Shown here: in pieces, positions 52,041 through 64,000 of the stretch
Layout of the letters: each line of letters begins with the position of its first letter
Numbering within the stretch: the first letter of the stretch is position 1
Origin: Tubiluchus corallicola
Taxonomy: Eukaryota > Animalia > Priapulida
Direction of reading: 5' to 3'
Length of the DNA: 64,000 bases
Assembly: GCA_030141605.1 (NCBI GenBank)
Contig: JAQGDQ010000065.1
Location: 434,001-498,000 of the forward strand
The notes under the pieces: model-generated
The model's database searches: none
What the model saw: the letters and a program-made list of their open reading frames with translations, nothing else
Told to the model about the DNA's origin: nothing
Program-made: the position numbers and the translations under genes

Positions 52041-53050
52041 TGTTGTGGGCACGCTTATTAAAGGTTGGCTATGCGCATGCGCACCATTTGCTATAAAAGA
52101 TGTGAGCACGTATTTTTCTACGTCTCTGTCGTGGTTGTCACGTCCACCATGTGTGCTGCTCGTTCTAGTGATAGCAGTGTCATTTTGGTAGGTACGACAT
52201 CGTTTGAACCTAATTAATAATCTTCTGTCTTTCTTTCTTGTGCACTCCTACCTAGTAGGAAGCAGCGCGGTCATGACTGCTCGACCGTCTTCGCGACCCT
52301 CGACCCCCTGGCGGCTCCCAAGGTAGGGTTTCGCAACACTGGTGTCGAAGTTGGGGCTAAGAATTCACAGCCAGTCGATAGGACAAGTCTGAGTGCGTGT
52401 CTGGAAACTGCATTTTGGGCTGATTCTTTAGATTCTTGTTCTGTTTCTCCTGTTAATTTGTCAAATCTAGTTAGCCAACCTGACCAAGTGGCCTATTTAC
52501 TCTCGTCTGTTTCACGTCCGGCGTCTGTAGGTCACGCGAGCTTTCAAAATCAAGATTCAGGTCTATGTATTACAGACCCGAGCAACCTAAATTTTATTTC
52601 GCATGTCTACGCGCATAAGTAATACATTTTCACAATTTTCTGAGCTTACTGATGCTATAGCTCAAAATCAAATGCAGAAAGAAGCCCCTTTGAAAGACTT
52701 GTCAAGTGTAGTCGCAACACAGGCTTTTTCTCAGATCGCCCCTAACTTCTCTAGAAGACGGTGGGAGGGCAATCTTGGACATTTTTTTTACTATAATTCA
52801 GGAAATTTTGCCCATGGATAGCCAGTATGGCGGACATTACTTACTGCAAACAAGATGTCGTCATCTGCATTATTTGGCAGCAGCGAAAAGAAAATCCTCA
52901 CTATGACAGGACTTTCTGAAATTTCAATCATATTTAAGGTCTCAAAAACGCAAACCTTTTGGCACGAGTAGCACAAGGACATTCTATTTTCAGTGCTAAC
53001 CAGTGATTCAAAATGGCTTCCTTCAAGAGTTACTGTTTCCCAAAGTTGAA
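52041..53050 (+). mobile_element. LTR retrotransposon 5' remnant: LTR 52041-52338, PBS, decayed leader/gag
   Basis: TGTTGTG...CGCAACA termini, TATAAAA 52092, then TGGTGTCGAAGTTGGGG at 52340 (tRNA-Leu-type PBS). Confidence 0.6.
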
Positions 53051-53451
53051 AATATTGATTTTATTGTCATAAGTTTTAAGTATGGTACCAACATGGGCCT
53101 AGTAAAACAGCCACAGCGCGGAAACGGTTCACAGGTGGCACCTGCATAGCACATATAGAGAATTGATCATAAATACATATGTATGTATGTATACAGGATT
53201 AGTAAATTAAAAGCTAGATGCTAATTATGTAATAATTCCTTCCATTTCACAAAAAAGCAAGATTTGCCAAGTCTATAATAATAATAATAGCAGTTATAAT
53301 ACTATTGCCAGTATCCAGTAGTAAACTATTTCGAAGGCTATAACATGATCTTCTGCGAAATTGGCTAAAAAGGTTTACACAGGTGTCAGAAGCACTACAC
53401 AATCGTACTTTAAGCGAAACAGTTTTCTGATACCATTGGCTGCAGTACGCA

Positions 53452-53454
<3 letters not shown>

Positions 53455-53500
<46 letters not shown>
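53455..53500. repeat. (TA)n microsatellite
   Basis: Direct reading. Confidence 0.95.
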
Positions 53501-53505
<5 letters not shown>

Positions 53506-54440
53506 CTGTTGTAATTTTTATTTCATTTTATTTCATTGTATTTTATTTTATTTTAGTACTGTATTTGTATTGTATATGGTCTTAGTTACCGAACTAAAAA
53601 GTTGGATTGAATTAAACTGAGCATCGTAGAACAAAATTTTACCAGATTCTGAGTATTCAGATTCTCGATATCTAACATCTTACTTATCGCCATTTTGTGG
53701 TTAAACGAAATTCGACACCCAATTGCCTGACTAATACACCTTATTCTACATTTCTTAGGGAATCAAATGATATATCGCACGCCCCTGTACGACTTGTGGC
53801 TTCAGTTCATAGAGCATTTAAAGGAAACCATGCAATTTTTGCTATTGTCGTACTCGTTAAGTACATTAAGTCAGTACATTATACTTTGATTAAGCATAGT
53901 AACGACAATGGCATATTTGAGGCTCCGTAAAACGGCTACGGTTCAGCGTTCGACAAAACTGAGCCGGCTACTGATAGCCAAGGCATAGTTACTTTACTTG
54001 TTTTTTCGTTTGAATAGAAGGCACTTTTTGTGAGAGTAATTGCTTCTCAAAAATAGACGTATTTTGACGATTTTTGGGTCATAACTCAAGCAGCTCAGTG
54101 TCACGACTCGAAATTACAAGCAAAAGTGGCACCCTACGCTAGCTACAAGCTCACTAAATTTGGTGGAGTAGCTCTATCTAGTTTTTGAGTTATTCGAAAA
54201 AGATGCGTATTTCAGAAACTAAACATCGCTGAACGAAAATAATAGCAGATTCTGAATGTCAAATTTTCGATTCGGTGTATCAGATTCTACGTTTTATTGC
54301 GAATCCATTGATATATGGTACGCCTCTGGAGGACTTAATTCTTCCTTTCACAAAGCCTTCAAATGAAACCATGTCGATAGCTAACTGGCAGTGGTGACTT
54401 CTAGGTCAGTTAAGATTTCAGTGTTAATCACGACAGACTT

Positions 54441-54692
54441 GCGAAAAGATAGATTAGCGAAAAGATAGATTGGCGAAAAGATAGATTGGCGAAAAGATAG
54501 ATTGGCGAAAAGATACATTGACGAAAAGATACATTGACGAAAAGATACATTGACGAAAAGATACATTGACGAAAAGATACATTGACGAAACGATACATTG
54601 ACGAAACGATACATTGACAAAAAGATACACTGGCGAAAAGATAGAATAGCGAAAAGATACATTGACGAAAAGATAGACAGGCGAAAAGATAA
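54441..54692. repeat. 16-bp minisatellite (CGAAAAGATASATTGR), ~15 copies
   Basis: Head-to-tail units with no spacers. Confidence 0.95.
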
Positions 54693-56216
54693 ATGTGATT
54701 TGATTATATTCTTGAACTAACCAGGGACCTGATCGAATGCACGTAGACGTCTTGTTTCCTTAGTCGCACCCTAGTCGCGACTAGCTTCCGCGCGACAAGG
54801 AAAGTTGGGCGGAATTCAAGTAGACGTCTTAAGTTGCATTTAGTCGCGCTTAACTTTGCGCGTACTTAGCGATTTGAGACTGGATTCATTAAACAAAATT
54901 TTGTCGTACCCGCTCGTCTAACTTTATGACACCTCGGGAGTTGTCGTAACTGAATAAATAGTGTTGTTATAGTATTAATATTGCACTTTAAAGTCACATA
55001 TTATAGTTAAACAATATTGTGAAAATAATTTATATACGATTGCTACCTTTAATAAAAGTAAATATTCATTTACACATTCTCTCTCTCTCCTCTCTCCCCC
55101 CTCTCTACCTCCCTCCCCTCCCCCTCTCTCTCTCTCTCAATCATAATTGTAAATATTTATAACTGTTGTACGTAACTTTTGTCCTGAATGTATTTTTGCA
55201 TATATGAACCTCGAGTTTGCAATAAAGACTTAAATCAAATCAAATCTCTCTCTCTCTCTTCAAAAGTCTTTTAAAGAAGCCTTGGTCAGAGAAGTAGTCT
55301 ATATAGGAAGATATGTATGCTGTAAATGTTTACATGATGAAAATTTGTTTACAGAATATGAGGCCAAAGAAAAATAGCTTTTACTGTTGTTCGATGTGCT
55401 AGTTCTCTATAATGCAACCGTACAAAATATTTACAAAACACAGGCTGTAAATATTTACAGGCAGTAAATGTTAAAAAAATAGTGTATAAAACAATATAAA
55501 TATAAGTTTTATGTTCATTATATATAACAAAGTACCAACATTAGAAGCTATCGCAAGGTTTATAACTTGGAACGTTTATTGCTTTGCATTGAAGACTCAT
55601 ATTTCGTGCTGAAAGTTATAGGGCCTTGACTCAGACTATGTTATTGTTTAGTCTGCTTTCGTTGTTATTGTCTCGTTGCACTAAAAGTTCTTTGTAGTAT
55701 ACTATAAGCTCACGTTTTCAGTTCATACGCAGCTTCCTTAGAAGCCTGTAAGGTCCAACAGGCTTTAGGATTTAGCTGTCACGTACGTAAGTGTCATTTT
55801 CACTATAATGACAAAACTGACAAGCAGTGTACTAAATGAGTTTGTATGCAAAATCACATGATGAATTTTAAAATTAAGTTGCCGACTATTCATTCAGAAA
55901 TCTGTGGTGTATATTGATAATGTTAGAACAACTGTTATTGCTTGTATAAGTAACTCTGCAATATACCAATTGCTCTCAGACGCGAATCCACGATAATTTC
56001 ACGCACTCAGTCACAACATTATGTTAAAATCACAACTAAGTTTAGATTTTGGCATAGTGTTTATGTACCCATTATCAGCACAGACACTTTTTAAAAGAAT
56101 GTAAAGAGCTGCTGTTGATACAGTCCTCCTCTGATAAAACCCAAATATCAAATGACCACTTAGGAAAATGCGAGCTGTATTCTAGTTGCTCATACAATAG
56201 AGACAAAAGTTCACAC

Positions 56217-56695
56217 ATCCCTGTTTATATTGAAATTTCCAGTAATATTGTAGGAACCTTGCAAATACATGGTCAGAAAATATTTGAAAAAATATTGTAT
56301 TAACATGGAGAACAATATTTTTTGCAAATATTGTCTAAAAATTTTGTGACAATATGTTGTCAACATTTGCAATAACATTGTGGGTATCTTGAAAATAGAT
56401 GGTCAGAAAATATTTGTAGAAAATATTGTACCAAGATGGAGACAATGTTTTGCAGCAATATTGTAAAATCTTGTCAGAATCTGGTTTGCAAATATTGTGT
56501 AAAAATATTGCTACCATATTGTACCAATATTTTTATCAATATATGCAAACGATGTGTTTCCATTATTGGATGACAATATTGGTCCAATGTTGTACTAGTA
56601 TTGATACAATCTTGTCAGAATATGCTGATAAAATATTATCGTACAATACTGTACCAACATGGTGACAATATTTTCTGCACATATTTTTTGTCAAG
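56217..56695. repeat. AATATTG-rich degenerate repeat array (probable non-autonomous DNA transposon)
   Basis: Repeated atggtcagaaaatattt, caatatt, aatattgt units. Confidence 0.55.
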
Positions 56696-56699
56696 ATCC

Positions 56700-57150
56700 T
56701 GACAAGATTGTGATCATATGGTGACGATATTGTGTGCTGCCTTGGATTACATTGGTTTTCTCAAGATTTAAAACCAATTTATTTCTGAAGAGCCAGTCTG
56801 ATGCTTTTTCAAGTTCATGCAATAGGACTTTGGTTATTGTCTGGAATGGTTTATGTTGATAGATCGGTACTGTGTCATCTGCATACATAAAACAACCAGC
56901 GTTTTTGCAAATTTGAGGAAGATCACTGGTGGACAGAAGCCCAATTTCAATATTACTAGACTGTTATAATATGCTTTGATATGATACATACTGCTGTCTT
57001 GGCAAACAGGTAATTGTGAAACCAACTGCAAGCTTGTTCTGAAATGTCTACACTAACTATTTATTCATCATTATGCTTTTAACGGTGTCAAAAGCTTTCC
57101 AAAGATCTAGAAAAACAGCACCAGTCAATAGGCCTTTATCCATGCCATTA
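56700..57150 (-). mobile_element. CR1-like RT fragment
   Basis: AVFLDLWKAFDTV (57090-57120), MYADDT, WLFRNKLVLNLEKT. Confidence 0.75.
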
Positions 57151-57785
57151 TTCCAAGATGGAAAACCCTAAAATTGTTTCCAGAAAACTAGATTTATCCC
57201 TACTAAAAAACTAATGACATTTTCGCATTCACCTTCTACCTTCCTACAGGCTTGCAGGCTGTACTGGGGTATGTCCCTGATCCAGACCAAAATGAAGGAG
57301 GGATCTTCAACAAAGGACAACCCTCTAAAAGTGTAATATATTTTGTGTCCTAAAATCAACATTCAAAAGTTTGTGCCTAATCTAATTCGTTTGAATTTGC
57401 AGCTATACATACTTTTAAGGTGGGCGGCAATAGCGATACATGACGCCATCAACTTTTGGCATTTTTCCGTGCTTTCCATCCCTTGAGTTTCATGGGTTTT
57501 CATGTGTTTTTGAGGAAGTATTCATGTGATTAGATCTATTAGATTAGTTGGAGATCTTGTTATATATTTACTACATACATGTGCCATACTTCCACAGCAG
57601 GCATTCATACTGGCAGCCTTCTTTTGCAAACCAATACAGTAGCGAAACCACAAACACAACATGTACTTAAAATAAAAAAGTGGGAAATGTACGGTCTAGT
57701 TTCTTTTACCATTATGTCCATGATCTGAGTGAACTGAGACTGTAGGCCTATTTGTTAAACATAAAAGCTATATTTATAAACTCAC

Positions 57786-57906
57786 CCTCCTGCTGGCTTT
57801 CCGTTTCAGCACAATTTACTAATTCCTTTTCGTCAATGTGCTCGTGCTTCACTAGATCTATTCTTTTCTTCTTACTGTGTCTCGTCCAAAATGTTAATCG
57901 ATATAG
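57786..57906 (-). CDS. SLC5A cotransporter exon (LYRLTFWTRHSKKKRIDL...)
   Basis: ttttcag|CTA...GAGG|gtgag, 121 nt, phase 0 to 1; LYRL...RIDL is the conserved SGLT C-terminal loop start. Confidence 0.9.
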
Positions 57907-58155
57907 CTGAAAATGCAACTAGCTAATAAATCAACTATTGTAAGCACCCGCAGGTTATTTAGCTTGGCTATATAAACAAAACAATAGAAATGCATTACAA
58001 TTCGGTGACGACTAGCACTTGTGCTAATGTTTTTTCAATGTAAAACCGACTATAAATAAAGCTTGTGTGTACGCATGTATGTAAAACCAGCTTTCGTTTA
58101 ATGAGAATAATGTTAGAAATTTTATGTAATTAAAAAATCTATGTCCCTTGTTGTA

Positions 58156-58496
58156 CGGGCACTGTTCCTACTAATTACCACTTGTTCAACAGGTACTGTT
58201 TCCGCCGTTTGCTGCCTTTTCTACGGTTTCGTAATTGCCACATGAAGAGGATTTATCGTCAAAGGACATTAAATCATGCCAGATTTGCTCGAGTTCGAAG
58301 TGTCAGTACTGACATTTAAGAGATATTTTAGGACTTTTCTTGGCTAACAGTACGCAATGGGTTTTCCAACAAAACAAATCTCAAGTATTTGCAAAATAAA
58401 TCTTCTTAATGTGGCAATTACGAAACCGTAGAAATAGCAGTAAATAGTGAGAAAAGTACCTGTACAAACAGTGGTAATCAATAGGAACAGTACCCA
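58156..58496. mobile_element. MITE with ~115-bp TIRs, TA-flanked
   Basis: gggcactgttccta...ttctacggtttcgtaattgccacat against atgtggcaattacgaaaccgtagaa...taggaacagtaccc; TA at 58154-55 and 58497-98. Confidence 0.8.
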
Positions 58497-59286
58497 TAGA
58501 AATAGTGGAAAATATTAGAAACCACAAAGCTTCGCGGTTTCAGGCGATAAATGCGTAAAATGTGAAATCCCTTGATATATATGACCCAATTCTATTTCTC
58601 CTACAGAAGAGATATTCTACAGATACAGAACTTTCGCATAGTTAACACATCTTGTATCCTTTCCGTTTGTATTATGCATGATTGGTTTGCAAATGCATAG
58701 GCTTACAGCAGTAGGTGTGCATATACACTGTAATTATTTTATTTTTGCATTAGAAATTAATTACGCATATGTAAGAAATATTGAGCTTTAAGCCGCATTT
58801 AAAAGCAGCTACGTAATGTTACCACAGTGACCCGCAATGTTATTAAGCTTAAGGACGTGTGTGCGGTCTAAAATTTACACATTAGCCAAAAAGTGTCAGT
58901 AACACCAACTTAAATTACATAACACAGCTGTGCAGTTAACGTCATGATTGACAGCTAACGGACACGTCATGCTGACCACTGACCAGCAGGGCAGTAGAGG
59001 CTAAAAGTTGAACATGTTAAAAATAGGTTAAATTTCACGCTTGTAAATAGACATTGCCTCACGTGCTGTGAATAGAATAGAGCCGATGTCATGAGCTAAA
59101 AATAGCAACTATGAATGAGCATATATAGAAGGAGATGCAGAACAAGCAGCAGGAACTTGCTACGCCACTTTCCCTTGATGTACATATAATCCGTGTCCCT
59201 CGTTGTAAGATTAGTTTACAGATGTTAGTATGACAATTATATTATCAGCTCCAAATAAGACCAACATTATTATGTTTACTTTACAT

Positions 59287-59318
<32 letters not shown>

Positions 59319-59619
59319 CGATTTTTAATATGTCTAAGGTAAACATATGCATTTCATGTATACTTTTGTTTGACAGAGATTTGTGCAAGGAGCAGAAACC
59401 ACAAAAATTATCAAGTATACCGTAGTCGTTGCTTAGTGAGAACAGCTTTTCACGAATCCATGCAAAGTGCAGGTCCTGAAGGAGTTAAACGGACGCATAT
59501 GTGACGGTGATATTGCAGTCATTTGTCTGTCTAACGACGTGTCAACTCAAGATACGGCCTTTTTTATACTTCGTCTATTTATATTGTGTTTGTCTGGGTT
59601 CAATACTCGTTCTGGGAGG

Positions 59620-59960
59620 CATTATTACCTAACTGTGACATCATTCAGGTGGCTAACGATTCAGTGGAAGAAGCGCCGCATGGACGTGTTTTGCAGACAG
59701 CGTTTGGTTAAAATTCAGAAAAAATTCGGCGGGTCTCCTGGGAAACGAAACTATGCGTATTATGCCATACGTTGGATGTTTTTCCAATGATGTATTAGTA
59801 CCCCGTTGTCCCGTATCGCATTCTACGGAACTCAGTTTATAAGTTTTGCCAAAAACGGACAAAAATGCTCTTTTAGGATGTTTTAACCAGTCGTTCAATC
59901 CAGACGTTCCCTATGGGAGACTGAGACAGTTTGTCAGATGTGCCAGTTGTTCGCACATCT
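59620..59960 (+). mobile_element. Diverged family H copy
   Basis: gcgccgc...gtttggttaaaattcagaaaaaa...tataagttttgccaaaaacggacaaaaatg blocks. Confidence 0.45.
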
Positions 59961-60100
59961 ATTTGTCCCGCCTTATAGGCCTATACTGGTACATAAATAA
60001 CAAAATTCATAAATATACCTGGAGAATTAATATATGGTAGATCGAACGGTGGTGTTATCGTTTTCGCATAATTGTATAAAAATTTATAGTTTTTACTTAC

Positions 60101-60177
60101 ATGTTTTTCTGGAATAGGCGCAGTTAGCAAACTGATTATAATCATGGTAATGGCTACAATACCAAACAAGAAAATAC
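60101..60177 (-). CDS. SLC5A cotransporter exon (GIFLFGIV...SLLTAPIPEKH)
   Basis: ggcag|GT...CAT|gtaagt, 77 nt, phase 1 to 0, compatible with both neighbours; SLLTxPIP motif typical of SGLTs. Confidence 0.9.
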
Positions 60178-60542
60178 CTGCCAAATGAAGACCTCAAGTT
60201 AATAAACATTGTACAGGTTAGGTTAAGTAATTGCAACTCCTGACTAGAAATGTCTTAACTGACTTAAGTTTAACATATTTGACACCTGGAAATTGCTTGC
60301 CAGGATTTTTATATATAACTATCATCTTGATTTCACAAAGCAAAAAAAAGTTTTTTTTTATTTCGTTTACGCATATTTAAATAAATGCAGCTTATCTGGC
60401 ATCATGTTAGGAGGGTAGCAAATTTTTCAATAAAACTTTAGATTTATTTATTTGTCCTTCAACTAACCTAATAGTAATTAGCAAATGATAATCTAATAAT
60501 AAGGAACAAATAATTAATCTAATATTGAATTGGAAATCTTAC

Positions 60543-60681
60543 CAAAATGTAAATAATGAACATTAGCAATTATCGACGGTCGTGTATCTATATCGCCACA
60601 TTCAGGTCCAGTGTAAATCAGAGTCAGAATAAACCATGTGACACCAACAACCAATCCAACCATTAAACCCCAGAATGCACC
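60543..60681 (-). CDS. SLC5A/SGLT-family Na+/solute cotransporter, internal exon (GAFWGLMVG...VHYLHF)
   Basis: ttttag|GGT...TTTG|gtaag, 139 nt. Peptide GAFWGLMVGLVVGVTWFILTLIYTGPECGDIDTRPSIIANVHYLHF matches the SGLT GAFWGL...C...HYL segment. Upstream exons lie outside the window or were not found. Confidence 0.92.
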
Positions 60682-60793
60682 CTAAAATTGTTTTAAAATT
60701 ATATAATACTGCTAAGTTATCCTATTCTATGAGCATAAGAGATAAAGCACCATTAATACGTAATTTGTTAGCTATAAATTTAAATGTCCTAGC

Positions 60794-61156
60794 TGTTACA
60801 TAGTAAAAAGTGAGAACAATATTGCGCTGAAGTCAGGTTTTCAGGTTCTCCCTTCTATATTGAAATGGATCACCTCTTAGGAACTGCATATCGGGAACTG
60901 TAAGTATGTCAGCTCGTAACGGTTCCGTGATTCAGCAGCAGCGTAGGCAGGTGCCTTATACCATCAAAAAACTAGTTCCACAGAACGGCCAGTACAAAGG
61001 ATGCAAATTGGAAATTCTGACAAGTTATTTCTTCAAATTTCTGATTTGTTTTCTTGTTTTTGGACTCGCTTTCTAATAACTAAAATTCTCATCTATTCAG
61101 TTTTGAACTCTGGACCCCTTGGCCGCCTTTACAACACTGGTATCAGAAGTGGCATC
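60794..61156 (+). mobile_element. LTR (60794-61136) plus PBS remnant
   Basis: TGTT...ACAACA followed by TGGTATCAGAAGTGGCATC at 61138. Confidence 0.55.
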
Positions 61157-61639
61157 GACTGGATTGCAATTGGAATGATGTGGTGTAAAATGGTTTTGAA
61201 CCGGGTATCTTTGGGATGTCTGCTTGTTCCTGCTGGAGTCTATCCTAACTGATACACGTTTTCCCTTGGGCTTTCACTGAGTTCACGACTTGTATCAACA
61301 GCTACGTTCTTCTGTTGGTAGTAGTTCATAGTACTTACTTTTCTGCAGTTCCACAAGTGAGTAGAACGAACGGAGAAACAGTTGTGGTAGGGTAGTTTTC
61401 TTGTAAATAGCAGCTTTTTATGGTGGACAAGATGGAATGAAGGATATGCGTTCGTATTAGCAGTTGTAGCATCTCTGTGGTCTATACTTGTATTTGTGAA
61501 TTCATTGTAGACATACCGTCGACGTGAACAATTCCATTGCTGCTGGGAGGTAACATGTTTGTGGACAGCTTATACTTACCACAACTATGAGGTATGACAC
61601 TGTTATAAGTAGTATGTGGACAAAACCTTTTTTAACTTT

Positions 61640-62340
61640 CTGTAGAAGTATAATCCTCTTTAGCCCGATAACGTGAGGGCACTGGGCTTTTTTGATTTTT
61701 CAGACCTAAAAATTATGCATTTAGTCTTACTGATATTTAAAGATAATTTGATATATTGTTAAACCAGTAAGAGATAGTGAGTAATTTACTGCTAATTTGA
61801 TTTATATTATTTAGATTGTTCATTTTTAGAAACAAAGTGGTGTCATCTGCAAATAAAATCATTTTTGCCTTGCTGATGTTGTTGTGTCATTTACATATAA
61901 TAAAAACAACAACGGCTCTACGATGAATTTCTGTGGAACACCATACACATTGCTAGACTATCAGAAATTCGGTTGTTGTATTTAACAGATAGAGACCCGC
62001 TTCTGAGGTAACTATGAAAAGCAAGGCACAAAATTGTACTTTTTGTAATAATATACTGTAGTCTACAGTATTTAAAGTTTTTGATAATTCACAGAAGGTA
62101 CCAGATAGCAATTGTCTTAACAATTCTTCAGTGATTCTTTAATTGTATCTTTCTAAGTAGAACTTTTTGAACGAAAACCAAACTGTTCTTTAATTAGTGT
62201 ATTATGTTTTGTAACATAATTTGTTAATTAGCTATGGATACAGCATTCCAGAGTTTTATGAAGTATTGGAAAAAGTGAAAGTGGCCGATAGTTGCTTGGA
62301 TTAGTTGGGTCACATGTTTAAAATAGTGGTGTAACAATCG
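61640..62340 (-). mobile_element. CR1-like RT fragment
   Basis: IVTPLF...SNYRPLSL, QFGFR, GVPQ, ILFADDT ~61850. Confidence 0.7.
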
Positions 62341-62344
62341 AATT

Positions 62345-63640
62345 TAAATATTTCCAAGCAAGTCTTTTTTAGAGGTAATCAGCCACTTGAATATGCGACA
62401 TCCATATATGATATTGTTGCAGTTCAACATGAAAAACCTTTGAAACCTACATATATCTTGATGCTAATTTATCCATATATACCCATGTCCTTTACAATTG
62501 TGACGACTTCTTTCTCTACAGGTTTTACCCGTACTTCAGTGAGAAGTAACAAACCGTGAGCCTAGGAATAGCCTAATTCCACTTTTGCCCACATAAAAAG
62601 TGGAATACCCCAAGGCTCAATCTTTGGACCCTTCTTTTTATACCTTTCACCAATGAGTGCCTTAGCTTGTAAATGATGCACAGGTTGGGGCACATGTCGA
62701 ACTTATGCGAATGATATGTCTTTGTTTGTTTCAGGCAAAACAGGCTTGAACGTGAAGCTAAACTCCAAGTTTGCAACAACAGCATAGCCCAATAGGCTTG
62801 CGGCAACGACATGGTAATAAATAGTGCAATGGTCAGTGTATCCATTAGAGGTTAGTTTGCCTTACTGATGCTCTAAATGTTACTGTTGAAGGAGACTCGA
62901 TTAGCAACAGCAAGCAAGAATAAAATATTGTTGTATAACAGTTACGTTTATCCACATCTTGCGTATTCCTGCAGCATCTGGGGCGAATGTGACCAGGAAA
63001 CATTACTAAGAGCCTTCAGGCTTCAAAAAAAAGAGATCTGCGACTCATACTCAACCAAAACACGGAAATGCCTACGAGTAATTTGCTTGCCATACTCAAA
63101 TGGCTTCCTTTTAGCTGATAGCATTAAAGATCACAAAGGTTTGATGATGTTCAAAATCTTATAATCATGTGCCCAATTATGTGAGAGAATCATTTTAATA
63201 TGTTTTGAACATGAGCAGCAGGGTCACGCGAGCAGCTGAGTGCCACAAAATCTACAAAACCAAAGTTAGAAATTTATAAACACACTTTGGCTTTTTTGAA
63301 ATACTATTGTGGAATGCTTTATCACTAAAAGTGATCGACACCACAAGCGTCAATGCTTTTAAGTCACTGAAATTATATAAACTAATATAAACATGTGTAT
63401 CTTTTTTATTTCTTACTGCAAATGTTTTATTAAAGTGTAGAGATTGTGTCTAGTGTGGTGTAGTAGTGTACATTTCGTTTATCCATCCTGTGATATTTAA
63501 ATTGTTTTTAAATTGTGTAATTTCTAGAACGGATTTTATGACACACTATTTTAGTTTACAATTGTTAGTTAAAGAGCTATCCACGTTGAATAAAGAATTA
63601 GAAATAATAATAATAAGAATAATAATAAGAATAAGAATAA
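62345..63640 (+). mobile_element. CR1-like LINE 3' fragment
   Basis: GIPQGSIFGPFFF (62601), LLYNSYVYPHLAYSCSIWG...RLQKK, AATAAA and (AAT)n tail ~63590-63640. Confidence 0.75.
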
Positions 63641-64000
63641 ATATAACATGCAATAAATGTGGGTAATATATTACACAGGGCTGCAATCATCTTTAAAGGG
63701 GGAATATCACCAAAATTAAGTTGAGCTTGAATAACTCGCAATTATATTGCGAATACAAATACATACCTCATTCTTCACGAAAATTTCATGTTGAAGAATC
63801 CTTGGCAAAAGTTCGAATAAAATTGTACACAAAACGAATATTTGACTAGGCCTCCATTGAGCATTGATCGGCACCTTCGCCTCTGGTGGCGAAAATGGCC
63901 GTATTACAGATGAAACTTGTATCATGACCTCTATTCTCGATAGATTGATCGTATAGTTTATCTAGCCGTATCGAGTGATCATGAATTAATCGTATAGATT

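Noticed and set aside
54441-54692. CRISPR-like appearance of periodic repeats (also 39822-41300)
   Set aside because: Units are head-to-tail with no unique spacers, there are no cas genes, and the context is eukaryotic.
61640-63640. Back-to-back CR1 fragments as a twin-priming inversion
   Set aside because: Both fragments cover the same RT motifs (PQ/G, ADD region), so they are independent copies.

Overview
AT-rich, repeat-dense eukaryotic DNA, probably from an invertebrate animal; nothing here looks prokaryotic. It holds two convergent host genes. The first is a complete two-pore K+ channel gene (K2P, TRESK/TWK-like) on +, with coding exons 13534-13990 and 31730-33363 (696 aa), a 17.7-kb intron inside the first TIG^YG selectivity filter and a ~385-aa cytoplasmic loop carrying candidate phosphatase and 14-3-3 motifs. 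The second is the last four coding exons of an SLC5A/SGLT-type Na+/solute cotransporter on - (60681 to 46038). The rest is mostly nested transposable elements: a near full-length CR1/L2-type LINE with a PHD finger, several LINE fragments, a decayed Gypsy, a young RTE with a perfect 15-bp TSD, a hAT MITE, other MITEs, LTR+PBS remnants, Helitron-like repeats, inverted minisatellite arrays and microsatellites. The most unusual signal is that several insertions, including two copies of one LINE family, are bracketed by very long direct repeats (147 bp, >=310 bp, ~100 bp). A pair of tandem 46-nt AG/GT-bounded cryptic exons also lies in the last SLC5A intron. All calls were read by eye with no database search, and no clearly novel multi-gene system was established.
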